Origin: Macrostomum lignano
Taxonomy: Eukaryota
Assembly (NCBI GenBank): GCA_002269645.1
Contig: NIVC01002791.1
Location: 76,080-140,079 of the forward strand
Reading direction: 5' to 3'
Length of the DNA stretch: 64,000 nt
The notes beneath the pieces are model-generated. The model worked only from the letters and a program-made list of their open reading frames with translations, ran no database searches and was not told the DNA's origin. Positions 33,501-46,800 of this stretch are shown here, piece by piece; position 1 is the stretch's first letter, and every line of letters starts with the position of its first letter. The position numbers and the translations under genes were made by a program.

Positions 33501-36032
33501 TCTGGCTGGCAATATAATTCTCGGAGATTTTCTTGGCCGGATCCAGCGACTCCAACGGCGCCTCGGCCGTCCGGCCGGTCAGCCAATCTGCCGGACGCAT
33601 GGCCGGCTGCCGGCCCGGACAGTCCGGAAACAGGTCCGCGTGGAAACTGGACACAGTCTGTACGGGGAGAATTCAGGATAAAGTCTTTACTGTCATTCCA
33701 GCCTCTCTATTAGCAATGCTAAGATAAAAAGACAATGCGCACCTTTCTTGGCACACGATAGCTGACCAGTCGGACCGACTTATTAGTAACCATGGCAACA
33801 CGATTTACTTCGCACCGGCCAACGTCTAGACTGAATTTATCGACTAGGGCCAGGTCGAGCACCTGCTCATCGGGCAGCAGGAACCGATCGCCTGAAACAC
33901 ACGATAGAATGAGAGACTGAATGCACTTAGAGAATACGCAAGCAATTTCCAAGAAAACATACGAATGGCAAAACTCGGCCGATCATCTGGACCCTCCAGT
34001 TCGGCGAATGTCACAGACTCGTCGCCCTGAATAATTGCGAGTGAATTTACTAATTAGATTGCCAACTGCATGTGCAAAGTGATAATCTGAAACAGATCAA
34101 CTTCTTGACCTGACACTTCGACGCATCATCATATCTACATCCAAAAATTTTTTAACCACTCCAACTTGCCGCCATAAGCTACTCCACATACCCTCATTAT
34201 CTACCCCCTCCATCTACCCTGCATCTATCCCCCTCCATCTAACTTCCCCTCCATCTACCTACACCTAGCCTCCCCCTCCATCTACCCTCCATCTACCCTA
34301 CATCTACCCTCCCCCTCCATCTACCTGCACCTACCCTCCCCTCCATATATCTACACCTACCCTCCCCATCCATCTACCCTACCTCTATCACCCTCTATCT
34401 ACCCTACATCTACCCGCCTCTATCTACCTTACATCTATCCTCTCCATCTCCCCTCGCCTCCACCAGCCGCGCTCACCGGGGCAGCCCAGAACAGCATGCC
34501 GGTGTGCCAGTCCGCTAGCAGCTTCGCCGGCTCGCCGCCTCGCCGTCCCGCCCTGCCGAGCGATTCGCTGGCAAGTGCCGGCGCGGCGGCGACCCCGGCA
34601 GTTCGCGGATCAAACAGGCCGAGCCGGCGCTCCCTACCAGAAGAGTCGAAGCCGCTCAGAGCGATCAAAGGCGACCCGCCGCCTCCCCCGCCTCCACCGG
34701 GTCTCTGCAGGCAGCGCGCCAGACTCGGCTGCTCCGCTGACATGCCTGGCGCTTTCCAACTGGCGCCAGATGCTGACGAAGCCGGCGCTACCCGCGGATC
34801 CCACAGCCGGACAGCGGCGCCGGACGACACGGCCAACTGGCCGCTGTCCGAGGTCCAAGCGACCGAATGCAGCTCGCCAATGCCGACATCCGCAATGTCC
34901 AACACGGACTTTCCAGCTTCCACATCGATGAGGCTCAGCCTAGGCGAGGAGGCGCCACAGGCGGCCAGAAGGTGACCAGCTGAAGGCGAGAATTGCAGCC
35001 GGCTGATCGGCAACGAGCCGGCATCGATGAGTTGGCGCAGCTGCACAGCAGCAGCGGAGGAGTCGGGCTTCGGCGAAGACACGGACAGCAGGGCGAGGCG
35101 GCCATCGGCTGTGGCTGCCGCTGCCAGTGTTGAATCGTCGTCGGCGGCGCTGAACGGGCTGAGCTGCAGGTCGGACAGCTGGCCTTTTAAAAAAAGGCGA
35201 TAAATAATCAAAACCTGTTCATGATTGCGCTTGTAAAATTTGTTTTAGCCTACTTACAGTAGGTGAGTAGTACATAATTTTAGGCTGTGCTCTAGAAAAT
35301 TTCGAGCGTTAACTCTAAGGGTAGTTTCAGTTTTAGCATCAGATTTAGCTTCAGGTTTAGCTTCAGGGGTAGCTTCATGTGTAGCTGCAGGGGAAACTTC
35401 AGGCGCAACTTCAGGTGCAGCTTCAGGGGTAGCTTCATGTGTAGCTTCAGATTTAGCTTCAGGGATAGCTTCAGGTGTAGCTTCAGATTTAGCTTCAGGG
35501 GTAGCTTTAGGTGTAGCTGCAGTTGTATCTTCAGGGCGTTCAGGGCCCCGGCTTTGCGGAGAGAAGAACTAGCTGAATTGAGGCGCCAGCACCAGAGGCG
35601 CCAGCACCAGAGGCGCCAGCACCAGAGGCGCCAGCACCAGAGGCGCCAGCACCAGAGGCGCCAGCACCAGAGGCGCCAGCACCAGAGGCGCCAGCACCAG
35701 AGGCGCCAGCACCAGAGGCGCCAGCACCAGAGGGGTTCCGAAAGCCACTGTTCAAGAATAGGACAGATACAAATAATAAAATATTCACTAGGCCTAATCT
35801 TACCCGATATTCCCCCGGCAACTGAGACGGGCTGCAGAGAGGCTGCCTCATCGGCCAGCTGCCACAAGCACAGCCTGGAGCAGCTGGTTGCCAGCAGGAC
35901 TCCGCGGTTGCAGGCAACGAGCTCGGGACCTTCAGTGCAGGCGGCCAGTCCAATCTGAGCAAATTTAACAGCTTGAGCCGGCTGCTCGGCAGCTTGGGCA
36001 TTCTTGTACTTTGAGACCGGTTTGCGCCACAT
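30541..36032 (-). CDS. CORO7: Coronin-7 (tandem coronin, POD-1 type), 8 exons: 35804-36032, 34477-35183, 33963-34026, 33743-33891, 32940-33657, 32026-32489, 31329-31649, 30541-30921
   Basis: N-terminal SKYKN; WD motifs DLQLSPF, RLQFSP, VRLWDPR, LAWHPR; two VPRK/VPRV...F(H/Q)xDL signatures (two coronin units); acidic C-terminal PLPQDLMEGADSDEW. All junctions are GT-AG and phase-consistent. Confidence 0.92.
30965..31320. repeat. 21-bp minisatellite (AAGGTCACGACCCGAAAAGCT)n in the last CORO7 intron
   Basis: About 16 copies. Confidence 0.95.
34195..34445. repeat. C-rich degenerate repeat (CATCTACCCTCC-like) in CORO7 intron 2
   Basis: Direct reading. Confidence 0.85.
35330..35733. repeat. 18-bp degenerate repeat (35330-35520) and 15-bp perfect repeat (GAGGCGCCAGCACCA)n (35581-35733) in CORO7 intron 1
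   Basis: About 10 identical 15-mers. Confidence 0.93.
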
Positions 36033-36269
36033 GATGTCTGTGCTTCACTACTGTCAGTAATGGATTTATCAGCTCAACAGATGCTGCTACTGCAATAAAT
36101 ACAGATTGGCTTTATTTATTTGGGTTTGTGACTGAAAACGTTATTCGCTCATTTATTGCAATAGTTTGCTATTTCAAAATTGATCACCTGCAAGTTGAAA
36201 CGCTTGGAATAACGCTAACTGCTACGATAGACAGACAGAGATAGAGGCAGATGTGTAGACTGAAAAAAA

Positions 36270-37520
36270 AACAGACACACAGACAGCAGACAGTCAAAAA
36301 CAAACAGACAGCAGGCAGTTAAAAACAGACAGACAGCAGGCAGTCGAAAAACAGACAGACAGCAGGCAGTCGAAAAACAGACAGACAGCAGGCAGTCAAA
36401 GAGAGACAGCAGGCAGTAAAAAACAGACGGACAGCAGATAGTTAAAAACAGACAGACAGCAGGCAATCAAAAAGAGACAGCAGGCAGTAAAAAACAGACA
36501 GACAGCAGACAGTCAAAAACAGACAGACAGCAGACAGTCAAAAACAGACAGACATACACTCAAAAACAGACAGACAGCAGACAGTCAAAACCGACAGACA
36601 TACAGTCAAAAAAGACATACAACAGACAATCAAAAACAGACAGACAGCAGACAGTCAGAAACAGACAGGCAGCAGACAGTCAAAAACAGACAGACATACA
36701 CTCAAAAACAGACAGACAGCAGACAGTCAAAACCGACAGACATACAGTCAAAAAAGACATACAACAGACAATCAAAAACAGACAGACAGCAGACAGTCAG
36801 AAACAGACAGACAGCAGACAGTCAAAAACAGACAGACATACACTCAAAAACAGACAGACAGCAGACAGTCAAAACCGACAGACATACAGTCAAAAAAGAC
36901 ATACAACAGACAATCAAAAACAGACAGACAGCAGACAGTCAGAAACAGACAGACAGCAGACAGTCAAAAACAGACAGACATACACTCAAAAACAGACAGA
37001 CAGCAGACAGTCAAAACCGACAGACATACAGTCAAAAAAGACATACAACAGACAATCAAAAACAGACAGACAGCAGACAGTCAGAAACAGACAGACAGCA
37101 GACAGTCAAAAACAGACAGACATACACTCAAAAACAGACAGACAGCAGACAGTCAAAACCGACAGCCATACAGTCAAAAAAGACATACAACAGACAATCA
37201 AAAACAGACAGACAGCAGACAGTCAGAAACAGACAGACAGCAGACAGTCAAAAACAGACAGACAGCAGGCAGTCAAAAACAGACAGACAGCAGGCAGTCA
37301 AAAACAGACAGACATACACTCAAAAACAGACAGACAGCAGACAGTCAAAACCGACAGACATACAGTCAAAAAAGACATACAACAGACAATCAAAAACAGA
37401 CAGACAGCAGACAGTCAGAAACAGACAGACAGCAGACAGTCAAAAACAGACAGACAGCAGGCAGTCAAAAACAGACAGACAGCAGGCAGTCGAAAACAGA
37501 CAGACAGACCGCCAAAAACA
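36270..37520. repeat. CAGA-based satellite with a ~141-bp higher-order unit
   Basis: The marker AAAACCGACAGACATACAGTCAAAAAAGACATACAAC recurs at roughly 141-142 bp spacing. Confidence 0.9.
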
Positions 37521-38129
37521 GACACAAGTAATAAGCAAACAAACAGACGGACAGGAAGACATAAACAGACATACAGACAAACAGGCACAGACAAGAAGAC
37601 ATACGCAGACAGGCAGCCATGCACACAGCAGTGAGGTTCCTAACGGACCTACTGGCACGTACACTGGCATGAACAGAATATTAACAGAAGTCTATAAAAA
37701 TGATACAAAACACTACACATAATTTTGTAGATCACATCCAATTCTGTGGCAAAATCGGAATCAAATTTTTAAGCCACAGAACCGCGTGCTCCACTTTGGA
37801 AAAGTTTATTCCCTTTTTGAGGAATTAAAAAAGTGATAAATTATAAAAACAACACAAACCTGATAGGTGATGCCTCCCCCAGACGAACAATTAAGGAAAG
37901 ACGCAGAATAAGGTGCAAAAACAATTACAGATAAACCATTACAAATGGTAATAGTAATAAAAATAATTAATCACAACATTATCCAAAACGCATGCATCTA
38001 TAAATCTAGACAATTTTTTAATTCCAGGCACAAGTGGCAAAAAAGGCAATAGGAATTTCATTCACGTGGAAGAACAGAACATGATTTTACATTTCCAGTA
38101 AAATTAAATACTCCAGACAAGCAGACATT

Positions 38130-39262
38130 ACAGGAGACAGGCACACAACTCAGTCACTGAGCCGCTCACTCAGGAAGTGTTCACAGGAGACAGGCACACA
38201 ATTCAGTCACTGGGCTACTCACTCAGGAAGTGTTCACAGGAGACAGGCACACAACTCAGTCACTGAGCCGCTCACTCAGGAAGTGTTCACAGGAGACAGG
38301 CACACAACTCAGTCACTGAGCCGCTCACTCAGGAAGTGTTCACAGGAGACAGACACAACTCAGTCACTGAGCCGCTCACTCAGAAAGTGTTCACAGGAGA
38401 CAGGCACACAACTCAGTCACTGGGCTACTCACTCAGGAAGTGTTCACAGGAGACAGACACACAGCTCAGTCACTGGGCTACTCACTCAGGAAGTGTTCAC
38501 AGGAGACAGGCACACAACTCAGTCACTGAGCTACTCACTCAGAAAGTGTTCACAGGAGACAGGCACACAGCTCAGTCACTGAGCCGCTCACTCAGGAAGT
38601 GTTCACAGGAGACAGGCACACAACTCAGTCACTGAGCTACTCACTCAGGAAGTGTTTACAGGAGACAGACACAACTCAGTCACTGAGCTACTCACTCAGA
38701 AAGTGTTCACAGGAGACAGGCACACAGCTCAGTCACTGAATCGCTCACTCAGGAAGTGTTCACAGGAGACAGACACACAGCTCAGTCACTGAGCTACTGA
38801 CTCAGAAAGTGTTCACAGGAGACAGACACAACTCAGTCACTGAGCCACTCAATCAGGAAGTGTTCACAGGAGACAGACACACAGCTCAGTCACTGGGCTA
38901 CTCACTCAGGAAGTGTTCACAGGAGACAGGCACACAGCTCAGTCACTGAGCCGCTCACTCAGGAAGAATCCACAGGAGACAGGCACACAATTCAGTCACT
39001 GAGCCGCTCACTCAGGAAGTGTTCACAGGAGACAGGCACACAACTCAGTCACTGAGCCGCTCACTCAGGAAGTGTTCACAGGAGACAGGAACACAGCTCA
39101 GTCACTGGGCTACTCACTCACGTGTTCACAGGAGACAGACACACAGCTCAGTCACTGAGCCGCTCACTCAGGAAGTGTTCACAGGAGACAGGCACACAGC
39201 TCAGTCACTGAGCCACTCACTAAGGAAGTGTTCACAGGAGACAGGCACACAACTCAGTCACT
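38130..39262. repeat. 53-bp minisatellite (CAGGAGACAGGCACACAACTCAGTCACTGAGCCGCTCACTCAGGAAGTGTTCA)n
   Basis: About 21 copies. Confidence 0.96.
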
Positions 39263-39944
39263 AAGGCACTACTTAGCCACAGTAATCACTTATTGAACAT
39301 AGAAAATAATGTATTTAGTAGAAAATAAGATATTTCAAACACAGATTATGGCATAAAGGATTGCAAAAATAGCATATATATAGAGGCGTGTTGGAACATC
39401 CGAGCTATCTGGATATGGGCCTACTATTAGTAGTAGGCTAACGTGGAGGAAACATAAAACAAACTTGGACCAATCTGGTTTTCGGTGCATTGATTTGGCT
39501 AATCAAGCAGAAATATTGTATAATGGAACATCAAACTAATACGAGTTCATCATCTTTCATTCGTTGCACGCCCCAACCATGCACACGGAGAAGCAGAGCT
39601 GATAAGCGCACCGCCTTACTCAGATTGTGCAGCTGCAAATATATTGTATTCAAGTCTATTTTACAGAAAAATTATAGCAAATAAAATCAAATTACTTGCT
39701 TAATTGAAACACAGATTTGCTATAAACATGATATAAAGTGTACCAGTTTCGATAACAACGAATAATAACTGGTGGCTTACGGTCAACAACACCCGTAGGT
39801 AATTATACTCATAACCAAATAATGGGGAATTAAAAACCAACAATAGCATTTTTGAAAATTCGTGCATATATTAGAGGGTGACTGAGTAACGTGTTCTCAA
39901 GATTACATGTTTGAGGTTACAGAACTGAGGCTGCATACTTAAAG

Positions 39945-40735
39945 CTACCTGAGGCTACCTACCTGAGGCTATCTAACTGAGGCTACTATCTGAGGCTACT
40001 ACCCGAGGCTACGTACCTGAGGCTATCTACCTGAAGCTACCTACCTGAGGCTACTACCTGAAGCTACCTACCTGAGACTACTACCCGAGGCTACGTACCT
40101 GAGGCTACCTACCTGAGGCTATCTACCTGAGGCTACTATCTGAGGCTACTACCCGAGGCTACGTACCTGAGGCAATCTACCTGAAGCTACCTACCTGAGG
40201 CTATCTACCTGAAGCTACCTACCTGAGACTACCTACCTGAGACTACCTACCTGAGGCTACGTACTTGAGGCTACCTACCTGAGGCTACTACTTGAGGCTA
40301 CCTACCTGAGGCTACCTAGCTGAGGCTACCTAGCCGAGGCTACCTACCTGAGGCTACCTACCTGAGGCTACTACCTGAGGCTACCTACCTGAGGCTACCT
40401 AGCTGAGGCTACCTACCTGAGGCTACGTACTTGAGGCTACCTACCTGAGGCTACTACCTGAGGCTACCTACCTGAGGCTACCTACCTGAGGCTACCTACC
40501 TGAGGCTACGTACTTGAGGCTACCTACCTGAGGCTACTACCTGAGGCTACCTACCTGAGGCTACGTACTTGAGGCTACCTACCTGAGGCTACCTACCTGA
40601 GGCTACCTAGCTGAGGCTACCTACCTGAGGCTACGTACTTGAGGCTACCTACCTGAGGCTACTACATGTACCTGAGGCTACTACCTGAGGCTACCTACCT
40701 GAGGCTACCTACTTGAAGCTACGCACTTGAGGCTA
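39945..40735. repeat. 13-14-bp minisatellite (CCTGAGGCTACCTA)n
   Basis: Direct reading. Confidence 0.95.
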
Positions 40736-40886
40736 CTCAAAATGATTTCCGAAGTGTTTCAACTGAATTTCTAACTCAAGCATTACCAGTTTCAACACTA
40801 TAAATTTATGCTATTGTTGACAAGAGATTGTTGACAAGAGAATCGTCATCAAGAGACATGAAAAAGTCAGTAGCCGCAGCACTATA

Positions 40887-43800
40887 CTACGCATCAGGCC
40901 TCCGCTCAACGCTGCCGTACCCGTTCGGGCCATCATTCTTAGCGGCCAATTTTCTACGCTGCCCAATCCTGACTGGCAGCAGGCAGAGCGTCAGCAGGAA
41001 GGCCACAGCAGCGAAGCCGCCAATGCCGAAGCCCTCAATCTCGCGGAAGAACTTCATACAGATATCGCCGCCAGGTCGCATATGCGGCTGCGTGTGCTGC
41101 ACAATCCAAACCGTCACTCCATTAGCCAGCTTGTCAACTAAGCTCATACAGCCGTAGACAAACGCTGAGCTATCCCTGTCCGGGCCAATCAGATCCGCTG
41201 TCAGAGACATGGACATTATCATGATAATTGAACTGCCAATGCCCAAGGACAATGCCGGGAATGCTAACTGCCATGGCGTGACCGTGTCGGGCTGCACCAG
41301 GTAGGCACTGGCTGAGAAGCCGCCAATCAAAGCCAAGCCAAGCAGGTTGGCCACTTTGCTGCAGTTTGAAATTAATTAATAACCCAACAAGTAGTTAAGC
41401 CAAGCACCGGTGTAGATACGGATGAATGCCAAATAAATTTCAATTCTTCTCAATGTCAGAAATGAAAAACTATAATCTATAATATCAATAATTGCAAGCA
41501 GGTCTGTGGACTAAATCAAGCGAAGACAGTAACAGTAAAGAACGGGGCCAGGCTCGATTCCAAGTGCAGTCACATTAATTTGGGACTGAATTGGAATCTC
41601 GGCTTGGCTCTGCTCGTGCAATTAACGGCCTTAAGAGCCAACCCCCCAAGGCGCAGTGAAGTGTACATGCCTAACGATAAAATAAAGTTATGGCCGCTGT
41701 ACACTCCTGTGTGTGTGCCTGCGTACGTATCTGCGCGCTTGTATGCCTGCTCAGGGGAGTCGGCGGAATGGGCAGTAATGCCTCTCGCCGGTTGTGTGCC
41801 TATGTCGCTTAGTGTACCAGGGTGCACACAACCCCCCTGCCTCTAATAAAAAAAACAGTAAAGAACGGATACAAGTGCACCAATAAAAATTTGACCATTT
41901 TAGCGACTCTAGACCTACGAGATTTCACGGTACAAGTCGTCAAAGAGTCGACCAAATGTCAATTTGAAACGTTTTATTGACTACATGAGTCAGAAACGAC
42001 TCCGGATACGTAGAGTTGTGTTTGAAGCGCACGCACGGGGAATGGTGGTATAGCGTCAAACTCAGACGTGTTAAATGCTGCAATGTACTTAAAACATAGG
42101 ATAATAAATTTTCTCGGACTCACCGGTTCCTGCCTAGAGCGTGGCAAGTCTCAATCAAGACGCTAGTAAGCATACTAACAAAGTACACAACTAAAGGCAC
42201 AATAGCAATCCAAGCCTTGTGCAATCCGAACGATTCTGTAACCAGAAGCGGCAGGTAAACTTGAGCAACATTAATTATCAGCCGGGTGAGCATGTACAGA
42301 GTGCCGATGGCATAGAACTGTGGCTCCTTTAGCCAGTCCAACGAGAGCATCTTGGTACAGGCAGCGGTGGACGCTGAGCTTGTAGCAGCTGCTAGCGGTC
42401 GATCCTCGACGCCGTCATCGACTTCCTCTGCGTCATTGATGCCGGCGCGATTGTCGTTGACTTCGACTGTTGAATTTGGCACCTCCTTTAGCACGAGATG
42501 AAACAGCAGGGTGCACAGGCTGCCAAGACTGCAGACTATGAATACTAAGTAGCGAAAACTCTCGGCATCAGCCGGACTCAGCTGGCCTGAGTCGTCGTCC
42601 TGCTTGCCAGTTTCAAGTTCGTTAAATTTCAATAGTAGAAATGCGCTGAGGTACACAACAATATTGCTGGCCACGGTGAAAGCGAATCGGATTGAATTTA
42701 AACGAGTCCGTTCAGTGTCCGTCTCCGCTAGTTGAGGTATCAACGACAGGTGCGAATTTTGGACGGCGGCCCAGCCAAACTTAAAAAAAGGCATTTTTAA
42801 GGAGAGGATGTGTGTGTGTCTATGAAACAGGTAAGGATAAAGCGACTATGAGGTAATTTAAGTCCAGCATAGGAACAGTGGTTAAAGATTTCAAATTTGC
42901 AAACCACCGGAAAAAAATAATTTAATTTAAAAGAGTCTGTATCGGCCAGAGAAACGAATATTGGATTGTTCTACTTTTTTCAGTAGCAAAATTAGCGTTT
43001 TTTGCTATTTTATTGTAGCAGAGCACATATGCTTTTGCGCTACTATAGGTAGTTTTAGCTTGGTAAATAAATATGGCAGGAATAGATCGAGGAGTTGGGG
43101 AGTTCTTTACAATTACAAATATCTAGCAGTTGAAGTTCGGGGAGAGAAAGCGGGGAGCTCTTCAGCCGGCCCAGAAGCAATTCTAACTTAGAAAAATAAA
43201 AGGGTAAGACCGGGAATAAGAATAGGGAATACATAAAACTGTTAGTGCTAGTCTATGCCGTAACAGTGCACAACGGTAGTCAATGTCTAATTTTGCACCA
43301 AATTAAGGAATAGTATTTTTAAGACCTATTGCATGCTCAATTCGATTTTTATTGTTTTACATATTTCAAGTAAAATTTTCTTGGATGTCCATCTTTCAAG
43401 ATGTAGCTACTAGCTACTAGAAATCAGGGAATAACAGGCACCTGGTGGCAGAAATCTACCAACTAAACCAGTAGTCCACTAAGAATAAAGTAGTATAATA
43501 AACCAGTAGCCTTACCCGCGGCTCACGACTTCATTTTAGTGATTTTATCGCAGTTTATATTATAATGGTTCGATCTGTATGTATAATGTCACATAAAAAT
43601 GTGCACTTTTGACCTTTAAACCCACAGATCTCGGAGCACTTAACTACGATGTCATTTGGCGTACAGAAAGAGACGGTTGGTACCTTGTGTCCATTTATAG
43701 AGCTTTCGTGCAATTTGCCCAAAATAGACCAACTATTACCACAAGAGAAAGCAGTTTTATTATTCTGCTTTAAAGGTGAGAAAGTCTTGTCCTGTTTCGA

Positions 43801-46800
43801 GTTTTTTAATGGATTGCTCCACTCGCACATTTAACTCTAAAAAACACAGTCTAAACAAAGGCATTGAAAATTGCAGGACAAAAAGCATGCGCGCCTTATA
43901 AGCGATGAACAGGCATCGGCGCTCATGGCTTTTAAGAGGCAGTAGCTGGTCAAAGCTGAAGCCGAAGAAGCTCAGGCCAAAGGCATAAGCGGCAAGGAGA
44001 TGCTTGCTTTTGGGATGGTCATTTGTTTCGGCGAGGGAAACGCTAACCGACAGGATGTAGAATGCAATTTTACATTGCAGGAGGTGCGGCAATGGGCCGA
44101 GCACCCTGAGAATAAACTATGGGTGAGCTTCCAACAGTGACACTTTGTTTTTTTATCGACTAAAGTCGTTAATAAACATTACATGTTCCATTAATCAACC
44201 CGCATAAACTTATGATAGTCAGTTTCTAGGACAGTTACAATTCACAGAAAGGTCCCTTTCAAATAGTGTGCTTTGTGGTAGGGCGAACTACCACTGGACT
44301 TTGACGGCTTACCTTACATGACTCACGCAGTGACGTAAATTTTTTTTCGGTGTTGGTCGTCCCGCCTTTGGCCCTTTTGGTAGTTTTCCCCGTCCCCCTG
44401 CTGGCCCATCTTTTGCCCCTTCCGTTGGCCCGTCTGTTGGCCTCGTTTTCCCGTTCCCTGGTTCTTCTTGGGTTTTCTGTGCCTTTTCCGTTGCCCCATC
44501 TGTTGCCCCAAGCACCGGTTTAATATTTTTCCCGTCATATTTATATGGCTCGGAACGGGCCGCACCGTTTGCATGCCTTGCCTCTCCTCTCCTTTTTGTG
44601 CTTTGCCTGTTCCTTTTCTTTAGCGTTTAGTTTTGTTACTCAGTTGTATATACCCACGCGACTTTAACTTCATTAGCTTGCGTAAACTTGTTTAACCTTC
44701 ATTAACCATATTTACTCCGCACCACGGTACAGCCGGAACTCTCGTTCGTAGCCAGCGAACGGCCAATTTTATTTTAATAATATCTAATAAAAACATTAAT
44801 CAATATTTATTCGTTTAATTCACTAAGCCCATTGCTTTAAATTGAGTTATTTGCCCGTGAGGCGTAAACAACCAAAAGTTTCTAATATCAAAGAAAGCTC
44901 TGAGAATTCAACGTTCCGTAATACGTAAATTACGGTGGTGGCAGCGCTACTCTACTAATAGTAACCAGCGAAGCATTTCGACGTACATTGAACTTCGGTG
45001 TCTAGGACCCAATTGGAACGACCGTGTCTAACGAAGACCGCTCGACTGCGATTACGACTACCCTCCCCCCCCCCGGAACTGAGGACCCGGCAGACGGAGT
45101 ATTTAGGGGGAACCCCTTTCAGATTCGACTGCACGATTTTCCGGAATTCTTCGTGCGAACTCAACGCCGGTGGCATTTCAAATTTGTCAACCCGCCCAAG
45201 TCTCAAAGAATTTTACTGCTCTTCCTCCGCCCCCACCTCAAGCTTTATAGATCAGATAATTTTGTTAAGCCAAAAAGTGAATAATTATTTTTACGATTTC
45301 TCTAAAGCTGCGCAATGTTTTTTAATTTAATTCAGGTGGCCAAACACAAGACGATGCAGTACGTTGGCGCAGCGAAAGAAAACGTAACATGAGTGCCGCA
45401 GCCTGATTTTACGCCTGCTTCAACGACGCGAGAGCCAAAGCCCAACTGCCGTAGGACGCTGCAAGTCCATTCATCAAGTTTAAGTATGGCAGCTTCGAAG
45501 GTATGTTCCGTGGACATAGGACTTATTTCAGCGAGTTCTTACACAATGTGACATGTACAAGATTTCGTGCGTTCATTTAAACAAAAGTAAGTATTGCTGT
45601 TCCTTAATTTTGAAAAAAATTACAAACAATTATTTTGTCTGCTTTTTACTTCTTATCGCTGCGAATCAGCGAACTCTTCCCAATTATTATTATTGTGACC
45701 TAGCGAATGTACAGTCGACAAGCGAGGGATATTTATGTATATTTAGTCATAAATTATTTACACTAATAAATAATGTCTTTAATCTTTATTTTCCTTATGG
45801 TCAGAAATAAAAAATCCATTTTTTATTAATTTATATTAACTTACATTCATAATATCATTTGTAATGCATCTGGTTTGCAGGGCGTGATGCAATTTGGCGC
45901 AGACTGGGGGGGTTGGCGGCCGAGCTTTGTGCGTGCCCCTCCTTAGCCGTGCGGCCCCTTCCCCCCTAGCCGGGGTTTTGATTGGCTGGCCGGTGGGGCC
46001 ATCTGCCCCCCAGGCCTGTGTCGTATTTATTAATTTGCACAGGGTTTTTTGCTCGAACCCGCTAGGGTTTGCCGTTCCCCTCGTACTGCAACCTTGAGAA
46101 AAGAGTTGTTTAGCTTCTAATAAGACATTTAGTTCTAACAAAGTTTCAAGTTCTACGGCACCACAAATAAGTCGACAAATGACCCAGAAGGGCAAGAGCA
46201 AGTAAGAAGCCAGCTTAAACACGCATCTGATAACTCGGCCACTGGTAAGACGCCTGCTTGAGTTCAGTCTTTTCTGGGAAGCTTGGTAGACTGCAGGGAA
46301 TTCCTGCCAGAGCGTCACAACGCTGGGAGAGCGGACCCCGTGTACCATACTTACTTCTATCATACTTTACCACAGTATAAGCACCAGAGAGTTTCACAAC
46401 ACCTCTGGAGCAACGCTAATTCCGAACGTCATCACTCCAGAACGAGCAAATTCCCTACCCAGAGCGTCATAACGCATGACAGTAGTAGTATCGCATTGGC
46501 AGAGCGTCACAACGCCTGCTGGTACAACCTTAGAGTGCCTGGGCTGGGCACCCGAACCGACCCGCGTTAACTACACATTTATGAATGCCCTCTCTATGAA
46601 TGGCTCTCTTGGCTGGCGCTGATAAACAGTTGGTGGCTGACCGTCTGTATCACACTCCAAAAGTGGCACGTGATGCATACCAAGTGCATACGGACCGCTA
46701 CAGAAGGTGCGGGCAGCGACGTGCTTATGAAGGCAATTGAAGAGTCGACTGGCCAAGTACCAGTAAGTACGAGTAGAATTCAAAAAAATAATTCCTTTTT

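Noticed and set aside
30513-35958. Plus-strand ORFs overlapping CORO7 exons (similar ones overlap the IAP, MFSD12 and CNK exons)
   Set aside because: Antisense shadows of GC-rich coding exons.
44955-45206. AVFVRHGRSNW as a histidine-phosphatase RHG motif
   Set aside because: Lacks the E/Q and N that follow RHG in the family pattern, has no exon structure, and the ORF is short. An HMM search could revisit it.
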